Assembly: GCA_964555705.1 (NCBI GenBank)
Contig: CAZKTN010000003.1
Coordinates: 55,062 to 119,061, forward strand
Direction: 5' to 3'
From: an uncultured Isosphaeraceae bacterium
Lineage (GTDB): Bacteria; Planctomycetota; Phycisphaerae; Phycisphaerales; SM1A02
Length of the DNA stretch: 64,000 bases
Shown piece by piece: positions 19,301 to 28,341 of this stretch. Numbering within the stretch: position 1 is the first letter of the stretch; each line of letters starts with the position of its first letter. A program made the position numbers and the translations under genes. The notes below the pieces were generated by a model that did not search any database, had not been told where the DNA came from, and saw only the letters and a program-made list of their open reading frames with translations.

Positions 19301-19945
19301 ATGGACTCGCTCGGCACCGCGATCTCGGTGGCGCTGCAGTACGGGGTGCCGCTCGAGAGCCTCGTGCGCAAGTTCGCGCACCAGCGATTCGAGCCCATGG
19401 GGATGACGACCAACAACGACATCCCCTTCGCCAAGAGCCTCGTGGACTACATCTTCCGCTGGCTCGGCATGCAGTTCATCACCGGCTACCGCGAGGCCAA
19501 CGCGCCCGCACGTGCCGCACTGCCCGCCACGGATGGCGCGGCGTCCGCATCCCACACCGTCAAGGAGGACACCTCATGGTCGAACCGAGTCAGCAGCGGG
19601 CCCTCAGCGGGCGGATCGTCGCGGATCGCATCCGGCGCGAGTGGCACGACACCATCGGCGACGGACGATGCCGACGGCGACTCCTCCTCGGGGAAGATCG
19701 CGGCGAGCCCAAGCTCGTGGATCGCCGACCGGATCACCTCCACCGCCTCGACCGTGACGACATCGACGTCGAAGCTCGAGATGCGCGAGGTGGTCGTGGA
19801 GCATGCGTCCGGATCCGTGCTCGACCAGCAGAACGCGCAGCTCATGGGTGACGCGCCCGCATGCGACACATGCGGATCGATCACCGTGCGCAACGGCACC
19901 TGCTACAGGTGCGTCAACTGCGGCAACAGCATGGGCTGCAGCTGA
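16367..19945 (+). CDS. nrdJ: adenosylcobalamin-dependent ribonucleoside-diphosphate reductase (class II)
   Basis: ATG at 16367 ([20 protein letters not shown]...) lies in-frame inside the 1472-aa track ORF, whose first 280 codons overlay dcd out of frame. Class II hallmarks: [42 protein letters not shown] and [9 protein letters not shown]. A Ser/Thr-rich linker precedes the C-terminal CxxC...CxxC tail ([27 protein letters not shown]). Confidence 0.95.
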   Translation: [1192 protein letters not shown]

Positions 19946-20003
19946 TCTCAAGAACCTCGGGCCATGCCCCCGCGCCACACGCGAGGGCCGGCCCGACCTG
20001 ACA

Positions 20004-20177
20004 CGCGATGGGCGGAGCAATTCGCCTGAAAGGAGCACGACAGGTCGGCGAGTGAATGGATGCTCATCTGCCCGGTCGGATACCCATGGAATCGGTGTAC
20101 TCCGACCCCTTGCACCAACGGACGGGGAGTCCCGGCCATGCAGGGGACCGATCCCACGGCGAATCCCGCCCATCGCG
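20004..20177 (+). ncRNA. candidate structured RNA (unclassified; riboswitch-like aptamer or sRNA)
   Basis: 20004-20015 (CGCGATGGGCGG) pairs perfectly with 20166-20177 (CCGCCCATCGCG). 20020-20026 (ATTCGCC) pairs with 20158-20164 (GGCGAAT). Together they enclose 131 nt containing local hairpins at 20074-20107, 20123-20134 and 20144-20155. No credible ORF. A further hairpin (20189-20209) and a terminator lie downstream. No Rfam class assigned. Confidence 0.35.
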
Positions 20178-20220
20178 CTGCCCACAACCGGGGTCCAGGA
20201 CGGACCCCGCTTCCTCCGCG

Positions 20221-20260
20221 CCCCCTCGTCAGGCACTGAAGCCTGGCGAGGGGGTTTTTC
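20221..20260 (+). terminator. rho-independent terminator
   Basis: The 14-bp GC-rich stem pairs CCCCCTCGTCAGGC with GCCTGGCGAGGGGG (one G-U pair). The loop is ACTGAA and TTTTT follows immediately. The orientation works only for the + strand. Confidence 0.8.
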
Positions 20261-20325
20261 GATGCGCCCCGTGAACACCGGCCTGCATCGGGAGCTGCGC
20301 AAGCCCAATCCATCCCAACAGATGA

Positions 20326-20356
20326 TTGACGTTTGGGCGTGAACGCGGACTAGCAT
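20326..20356 (+). promoter_or_regulatory. possible sigma70-like promoter for the kinase operon (near-leaderless)
   Basis: TTGACG (20326-20331), a 19-nt spacer, then TAGCAT (20351-20356), 7 nt before the ATG at 20364. Weak: the spacer is long, the -10 matches 4/6, and the consensus for this phylum is uncertain. Confidence 0.2.
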
Positions 20357-20363
20357 TCGCACC

Positions 20364-22481
<2,118 letters not shown>

Positions 22482-22490
22482 CCTTTCGCC

Positions 22491-23180
22491 ATGGCGCTCG
22501 AGAGCCGCATTCGACCGAGAAACGTCTGGTTCACCGCCGGGTACGCCGTGTTGTGTGCAGTGCTCGGGCTGTGGGGCGCCTACGACTACTGGGAGCGGAT
22601 CCCGCGCCAGGAGGCTGCCTTCGCCGAGTACCAGTCCGCCACCGAGCGCGCGAAGCGCTACGCGGACCTGAGCGTGCCTGGCGCCCCGCGCCTCACAGCG
22701 GAGCAGGAAGCGGACTACCAGGCCGCGAGGGACGTGGTCGACAGGTACGCGGCCGGAGCCCCCACACCCGTCGCCGCCTACGACCGCCCGCTGCAGCTCT
22801 GGGTGTACATGATCGGGTGCGGGGTCATCGGCACGGGCTGGTGCGTGATGAGCCTCGTTCGCACCGGCTCCCGCAGCTTCAGGCTCGACGACGACGGGAC
22901 GCTTCATGCGGGCATCCGCAGGATTGCGCGCGACGAGGTCACCGGCATCGACATGAGCCGATGGATGGCGAAGTCGATCGCCACCATCCAGGTGAAGGAT
23001 GGCCCTCCGGTGGTGCTTGACGACTACAAGTACGGCGGCATGCACCTGATCGTGGGCACATACGCCCACCGCTTCGATCCGCAGGTGTGGAACGCCGACG
23101 CGACGCTCGTGAAGAAGGTCGCAAAGGCGGCCGCAGAGGGCGAAGGCGGCGCCCCGGGCGGCGCGGGCGGGATGAAGTAG
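22491..23180 (+). CDS. hypothetical 2-TM membrane protein
   Basis: 229 aa with GC3-rich codons, starting 10 nt after the kinase stop. Two hydrophobic helices (WFTAGYAVLCAVLGLWGAY and LWVYMIGCGVIGTGWCVMSLV) are followed by a soluble beta-rich domain. No family recognised. Confidence 0.55.
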   Translation: MALESRIRPRNVWFTAGYAVLCAVLGLWGAYDYWERIPRQEAAFAEYQSATERAKRYADLSVPGAPRLTAEQEADYQAARDVVDRYAAGAPTPVAAYDRPLQLWVYMIGCGVIGTGWCVMSLVRTGSRSFRLDDDGTLHAGIRRIARDEVTGIDMSRWMAKSIATIQVKDGPPVVLDDYKYGGMHLIVGTYAHRFDPQVWNADATLVKKVAKAAAEGEGGAPGGAGGMK

Positions 23181-23194
23181 TCTTTCCCGCCCCG

Positions 23195-24313
23195 ATGACA
23201 CGCACCCTCAACGACCCCACGACGTCGATCGAGAAGCGGGACCGCTGCGCGGACCTGCCCCACCGCCCGCGCGTCCTCCTTGGCAAGATCGGCCTCGATG
23301 GCCACGACCGGGGCGTCAAGCTCATCGCGCGGGTGCTGCGCGACAGCGGAGTCCACGTCATCTACTCCGGGCTCTGGCAGACTCCCCGCAGCCTCGCGAT
23401 CGGCGCCCGCGACGAGGACGTCGACTGCATCGCGTGCTCCATGATGAGCAACTCGCACCTGGTGCTGGTCCCGAGGCTCCTCGACGAGTGCCGGGCCGTC
23501 GGCCGCCCGGACGTGCCCGTGAACGTGGGCGGCATCATCCCGCAGGAGGACGTGAAGACGCTGCTCGATGCGGGCGTCGCGCGCGTCTACCACACCGGCA
23601 CAGGGATGGAGGACATCGTCGAGAGCGTGCGCACCTCGGTGAAGGCCTACGAGCCGCGCACCACCGGTCCGGCAGAGGCGATCCTCGCACGGCAGATCTC
23701 GCTTGCGCAGGCGGGCGCGCTGCCCGCCGGCGCCGCTCGCAAGAGGCCCGGGCGCGTGCTCGGGCTGACGGGAGCGCCCGGCGCCGGCAAGAGCACGCTG
23801 GTCGCGGCCCTCTGCGGCGAGGCAGTCCGGCGCGGCACGCGCATCGCGGTCATCGCCTTCGACCCGATGAGCCCGATCACGGGCGGTGCGCTGCTCGGCG
23901 ACCGACTCCGAGTCGACTTCAATGCCGTCGACGACAAGGTCTTCTATCGCTCGCTGGCCATCGTCGGCGAGGACTACACCGCGCTCGATGTCATCACCGA
24001 GCTCGTGGGTGCGGCCGGCTTCGACACGCTCATCATCGAGACCGTCGGCGCAGGGCAGAACGATGTGGCGATCCGCCACCACGTCGACCGCACCGCCGTC
24101 GTGACCGTGCCCGGCATGGGCGACGCCGTCCAGATGGACAAGGCAGGCATCCTCGAGATTGCCGACCTCTTCGTCGCCAACAAGGCGGACCACGCCGGCG
24201 AGTCCAAGCACGTGCGCGAGCTCCTCGATGTCGCAGGCGGGCGCCCGATCTTCGAGACCGTCGCCACCGAGGGCAAGGGCATCGTCGAGCTGTACGAGGC
24301 CCTGATGTCCTGA
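23195..24313 (+). CDS. fusion protein: methylmalonyl-CoA-mutase-type B12-binding domain + MeaB/ArgK-like G3E GTPase
   Basis: ATG at 23195 inside ORF 23087..24313. The N-terminal half carries LGKIGLDGHDRGVKLIARVLRDSG...VGGIIP (DxHxxG B12-binding domain). The C-terminal half carries the P-loop GAPGAGKST, plus DPMSPITGGALLGD, IIETVGAGQ and the NKAD box, as in MeaB. Confidence 0.85.
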   Translation: MTRTLNDPTTSIEKRDRCADLPHRPRVLLGKIGLDGHDRGVKLIARVLRDSGVHVIYSGLWQTPRSLAIGARDEDVDCIACSMMSNSHLVLVPRLLDECRAVGRPDVPVNVGGIIPQEDVKTLLDAGVARVYHTGTGMEDIVESVRTSVKAYEPRTTGPAEAILARQISLAQAGALPAGAARKRPGRVLGLTGAPGAGKSTLVAALCGEAVRRGTRIAVIAFDPMSPITGGALLGDRLRVDFNAVDDKVFYRSLAIVGEDYTALDVITELVGAAGFDTLIIETVGAGQNDVAIRHHVDRTAVVTVPGMGDAVQMDKAGILEIADLFVANKADHAGESKHVRELLDVAGGRPIFETVATEGKGIVELYEALMS

Positions 24314-24332
24314 CCGGCACTACCAGCACCAC

Positions 24333-25880
24333 ATGACCTCCATGAGCCACGTCAACCTCCCCCGCCACACCAACCAGGCGCTCGGCATCGGCCAGTACGC
24401 CATCGACTTCATGCGCAGCGGCGAGCCCTCGGCCGCCGTGCTCGACCGCACCACGCTCTTCCACACCGATGCGGTGATCTGCGGGCTCTCTGCCCTCGCG
24501 CTGGGCACCAATGCGCCGACGCTGCTGCGAGACGAGGCACTCAGCTACCGAGACCGCGACGGCGCCACCGTCTTCGGAAGCTCGCGCCGCGTCGCGCCCG
24601 AGAAGGCCGTGGTCGCCAACAGCGCGGCGGTCCGCGAGTGGGACTCCAACGGCACCAACTTCGGCTACAACCCTGCGCTTGGCCACACGGCCGGCGAGTT
24701 CGGCCACAACGACTTCTATCCCGTCGCGGTCGCCGCGGCGCAGGTGGGCGGCCTCGGCGGCGCAGAAGCGCTGCGCGGCATGGTCTGCATCGACGAGATC
24801 CGCGGCCGCCTCGCTGAGGTCTTCAGCCTCAAGACCTACAAGATCGACCACGTGGTGCACGGCGCGATCGCCAGCGCCGCGGTGTACGGCGCAATGCTTG
24901 GCGCGAGCGCGGAGCAGATCGAGAGCGCGATCGGCATGGTCGTCGCGCACCACATCCCCTGGCGCGCCATCCGCGCAGGCAAGCAGCTCTCCGACTCCAA
25001 GGGCGCGAGCGCCGCGATCAGCGCCGAGGCTGCAGTCGTCGCGATGCGCCGCTCCATGGCGGGCTTCCTCGGGCCGCGAGACATCTTCCGCAACCCCGAG
25101 AGCATGTTCCGGCAGTTCGAGCGCACGCAGGGCGACAGCCCCTTCGACCTCGTGCTGGGCTTCTCCGGCGACGACTTCGCCGTGATGGGCATGCACTTCA
25201 AGCTCGGCCTCTACGAGCACCAGTCCGCCGGCGCGCTGCAGGGCCTCATCGACCTCGTCAGCGCGAACCCCGGCATCCTCGAGCGTCCCGGCGACCTCGC
25301 CTCGATCCGCATCCTCGCGTACGAGCCTGCGTTCGGCATCATCGGGGATCCCGCCAAGCGCGACCCGAAGACGCGCCAGAGCGCAGACCACTCGATGGTC
25401 TACATCGTGTCGACGATGCTGCGGAAGGCCTACGAGCTCCGCGAGTCGGTGGGCGCTGCCGGGCTTCCGACCTCGAACGACGAGTGGTGGAAGGCGCTCA
25501 TGCTCGGGCCCTACGACTACTCCGAAGAGGCGATCCACGACGAGCGCACGCGCGCCATCATGGCGACGATCGCCTTCGAGCACGGCGGCGCCGAGTACGA
25601 CCGCCGCTATCCCGACGGCATCCCCACCTCGCTCGTGATGGGCCTCAAGGGCGGCACCACGCTCGACAGCGGGCTCGTGATGTATCCCTCGGGACACGCC
25701 CGCAACACCACCGCCGACCTTCGCGGGATCCTCGACGCCAAGTTCCGCCTGCTCGGGCGGCTCGCCGTGCGCAAGCCCTCCAAGCTCGTGGACCGACTCG
25801 CGGCGATCGGCGATGCAGGGCCCAAGGACCTGCGCAAGCTGCTCGATGTGCGGATCGAGGACCGCGGCCGCTTCGAGTGA
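24333..25880 (+). CDS. MmgE/PrpD family protein (2-methylcitrate dehydratase-like)
   Basis: 515 aa. The length and overall pattern look like the MmgE/PrpD family (e.g. SAAVREWDSNG, GHNDFYP, DSKGASAAISAEAAV, HFKLGLYEHQSAG, ADHSMVYIV). This is my own recognition from memory, not a search. The specific substrate is unknown. Confidence 0.8.
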   Translation: MTSMSHVNLPRHTNQALGIGQYAIDFMRSGEPSAAVLDRTTLFHTDAVICGLSALALGTNAPTLLRDEALSYRDRDGATVFGSSRRVAPEKAVVANSAAVREWDSNGTNFGYNPALGHTAGEFGHNDFYPVAVAAAQVGGLGGAEALRGMVCIDEIRGRLAEVFSLKTYKIDHVVHGAIASAAVYGAMLGASAEQIESAIGMVVAHHIPWRAIRAGKQLSDSKGASAAISAEAAVVAMRRSMAGFLGPRDIFRNPESMFRQFERTQGDSPFDLVLGFSGDDFAVMGMHFKLGLYEHQSAGALQGLIDLVSANPGILERPGDLASIRILAYEPAFGIIGDPAKRDPKTRQSADHSMVYIVSTMLRKAYELRESVGAAGLPTSNDEWWKALMLGPYDYSEEAIHDERTRAIMATIAFEHGGAEYDRRYPDGIPTSLVMGLKGGTTLDSGLVMYPSGHARNTTADLRGILDAKFRLLGRLAVRKPSKLVDRLAAIGDAGPKDLRKLLDVRIEDRGRFE

Positions 25881-25937
25881 TCGACGAGTGTGCGGTCCGA
25901 CCCGGCGTCGCAGGGCACGCCATCTCCCGGGCAGCGC

Positions 25938-26633
25938 TCACTTCACGGAGTGGAGCTTGCAGCCGCCGTCCTCGTAGACGACCTCCATGCGCATGAAGCT
26001 GAACTGCTTGCGCAGGCGCGGGTGAAGCCTGTAGCGCTGGTGCTGGGGGCCGCCGATGTTGTCGGCGAGCACGTCGGTGGAGTTCCATCCCGCGGCCATG
26101 CGGTTGAGGAACGCCAGCAGCTCCGTGCGGTTGGCCTCGCACCATGAGACGAACTCGTCGCGCCCCATCGCGCTCCGCGAGGAGCGCGAGGTCAGCTGCT
26201 CCCAGATCGCCTCGTACTCGCGCTCGCGGATGCACTCGCTGAAGTTCTCGAGCACGTGCTCGGGCATCGCCGCCCGCAACGTGATGCGACCGCTGTCGTC
26301 ACGCTCGCGGATCGTGAGCTCCCCCGATGGAGGCGGCAGCTCCTGCCCCGACTGGCGCGCGATCTCGCGCATCTGCTCGACGCTCATCGGCTTCCCGTAC
26401 TCGTCGAGCATGTAGGTGCCCACCGGGAGCCCGTCCTTCTCGGGAGCCGGCCCCTCGGACGGCAGCCGGTCCACGAAGATGATGGTGCGCCCGTCGGCAG
26501 TGCGTATCGGCGCGCTGTCGGCGCCGGCCTCCTGCCCCGGCTGGCGCTTGTGGTACTCGACGCGCTCCGGACCGCAGCCCGCAAGGGTGACGCACACCAG
26601 CGCGGCGGCGAAGCCCGCGTACACCCTCGCCAT
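25938..26633 (-). CDS. hypothetical lipoprotein
   Basis: ATG at 26633 gives MARVYAGFAAALVCVTLAGC (lipobox). An alternative ATG lies at 26690. 231 aa with no recognised domain. It is the last gene of a co-directional TolB-like/nadB run. Confidence 0.5.
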   Translation of the reverse strand: MARVYAGFAAALVCVTLAGCGPERVEYHKRQPGQEAGADSAPIRTADGRTIIFVDRLPSEGPAPEKDGLPVGTYMLDEYGKPMSVEQMREIARQSGQELPPPSGELTIRERDDSGRITLRAAMPEHVLENFSECIREREYEAIWEQLTSRSSRSAMGRDEFVSWCEANRTELLAFLNRMAAGWNSTDVLADNIGGPQHQRYRLHPRLRKQFSFMRMEVVYEDGGCKLHSVK

Positions 26634-26686
26634 GCGCACCCTTGCCACGCGTGCGATCGCCGGAATCACGCTCTCCGCACGCCCGG

Positions 26687-28339
26687 TCATGCGCCAGTGC
26701 GCTCCGCAGCGTGCGTCGGGATGCGCCGAGGACCTTCGCTCCCGCGCGACCAGCCGATCCTCACCGCCTGCGACGCATCTGGCGACGGGCAGTCGAGCCT
26801 CGCGTGCGTGCCCCGCGACTCGGTGCGTGCACGTGCGGCGTGGGCCATCAGGGTGGCCGTCGTGAGCAGGTTCTGGATCTCCCATCCCTCCGGCGACTCG
26901 AACACGGGCCCGAGCGCGTAGCGGCCCCAGAAGGACATCATGTGGATCGCGTCGTCAAGCTTGGCGCCCTCGCGCACCACGCCCACGTTTCGCCACATTG
27001 CGCTACGGAGGCTGCTGCGGATGTCGACGAGGTCAAGCTCCCCGGCCACCGTCGGCCTGGTGTCGCTCTGCACATGCACGGGCACAGGATCGGCAAGGCC
27101 GTCCCCAAGTGCGGCGACAGCCACCCGCCGGCCGAACACCAGGCCTTCCAGCAGGCTGTTGCTCGCGAGCCGGTTGGCGCCATGCACGCCGCATGACGCG
27201 CATTCCCCGCACGCGTAGAGGCCGGCGATGGAGGACCTTCCGTGGAGGTCGGCGCGCACGCCGCCGATCGTGTAGTGCGCGGCCGGATGCACGGGGATCA
27301 GGTCGCGCGAGGCATCGATGCCGAAGCCGCGCAGCATGGCATCGAGCCCCGGAAACCGCGTGCCGAACGCGGCACCGACGGGACGCGCATCGAGGAAGAC
27401 GTGCGAGCCTCCCGTACGCGCGAGGTGCGCGACGATGGTGCGCGAGACGATGTCGCGCGGCGCGAGGTCGCCCAGCGGATGCACGCCCGCCATGACGGAT
27501 GCGCCCTCGCGGTCGACGATGGTGGCGCCCTCGCCGCGCACCGCCTCGCTGATGAGGTGCCGCGGCGCGCCCGCGACATACAGCGTCGTCGGGTGGAACT
27601 GCATGAACTCGAGGTCGGCCACCTCGGCGCCGGCGCGCCAGGCCATCGCGATCGCGTCACCGGTGGCCACACGAGGGTTGGTGGTCTCACGGTAGGCCTG
27701 TCCTGCGCCGCCTGCTGCGAGCACCGTCGCGCGAGCCCAGATGATCTGCAGCCCGAACCGCGGATGCCACGTGAGCGCACCGCACACGCGGCACGATGCG
27801 CCGCTCCCGGTCGTGAGCACGTCGATCGCGAAGCAGCGGTCAAAGAGCCTGATGCCGCGCAGCGAGCGAGCCCTCTCGATGAGCGTGCGCACGAGCTCGC
27901 GCCCTGTCGCGTCGCCGTCGCTATGGAGGATCCTTGGAGCAGAGTGCCCGCCCTCGAGAGCGAGGCTCGGAGAGCCGTCAGCCGCGCGGTCAACTCGCAT
28001 GCCCCACGACAGCACGCGTGCGACCTCCGCTGGGCCCTCGGTGACGAGCGCGTCGACGGCCTCCGCATCGCACAGCCCTGCGCCTGCATCCCGCGTGTCC
28101 GCAGCGTGGCACTCCACGGAGTCGCCGTGGTCCGCTGCCGCTGCGATCCCGCCCTGCGCCCACCCCGTGCTGGAGAGGTCAAGGCTGTCCTTTGCGACGA
28201 CGATCACGTCCGCATGCGCCGACGCCTCGATCGCCGCGCGAAGCCCCGCCACCCCGCTCCCGATCACGAGCACATCCGTGAACACCTGCGGAAGCAGGGT
28301 GCCACGGAAGGGGATCAGGTAGCGGCGGTCACGCCACAT
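26687..28339 (-). CDS. nadB: L-aspartate oxidase
   Basis: ATG at 28339 (MWRDRRY..), then the FAD motif DVLVIGSGVAGLRAA, plus HPTTL, IGGVRADLHGRSSIAGLYACGE and HGANRLASNSLLEG. The first 27 codons of the track ORF were trimmed. Confidence 0.9.
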   Translation of the reverse strand: MWRDRRYLIPFRGTLLPQVFTDVLVIGSGVAGLRAAIEASAHADVIVVAKDSLDLSSTGWAQGGIAAAADHGDSVECHAADTRDAGAGLCDAEAVDALVTEGPAEVARVLSWGMRVDRAADGSPSLALEGGHSAPRILHSDGDATGRELVRTLIERARSLRGIRLFDRCFAIDVLTTGSGASCRVCGALTWHPRFGLQIIWARATVLAAGGAGQAYRETTNPRVATGDAIAMAWRAGAEVADLEFMQFHPTTLYVAGAPRHLISEAVRGEGATIVDREGASVMAGVHPLGDLAPRDIVSRTIVAHLARTGGSHVFLDARPVGAAFGTRFPGLDAMLRGFGIDASRDLIPVHPAAHYTIGGVRADLHGRSSIAGLYACGECASCGVHGANRLASNSLLEGLVFGRRVAVAALGDGLADPVPVHVQSDTRPTVAGELDLVDIRSSLRSAMWRNVGVVREGAKLDDAIHMMSFWGRYALGPVFESPEGWEIQNLLTTATLMAHAARARTESRGTHARLDCPSPDASQAVRIGWSRGSEGPRRIPTHAAERTGA

Positions 28340-28341
28340 GT

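Noticed and set aside
15527-19945. 1472-aa ORF that would be a giant dcd-overlapping NrdJ fusion
   Set aside because: Its first 280 codons are Arg/Pro/Gly-rich nonsense lying out of frame over the well-supported dcd gene (15696-16280). A clean class II RNR N-terminus begins at the in-frame ATG 16367.
20004-20177. Assignment of the structured element to a specific riboswitch class (cobalamin, fluoride, guanidine-I, Mn) or to tmRNA, SRP or RNase P RNA
   Set aside because: Only short partial resemblances were found, such as GCGAUGG..UGAAAGG versus the crcB motif, GGAAUCGGUG..UCCGA versus the Cbl core, and ACGGACGGGGAGUCCCGG versus ykkC. The key invariant blocks (B12 box, GGGGAGUAG, RNase P CR-I/CR-V, SRP GGAA/AGCA) are absent. 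The element is left unclassified. A MITE-like terminal-inverted-repeat interpretation cannot be excluded without the whole genome.
20056-20274. 72-aa ORF in the nrdJ-kinase intergenic region
   Set aside because: It runs through the 14-bp terminator hairpin and the long-range helices. Its composition is Pro/Ser/Gly/Arg-rich, and it has no start context. The RNA-structure interpretation is better supported.
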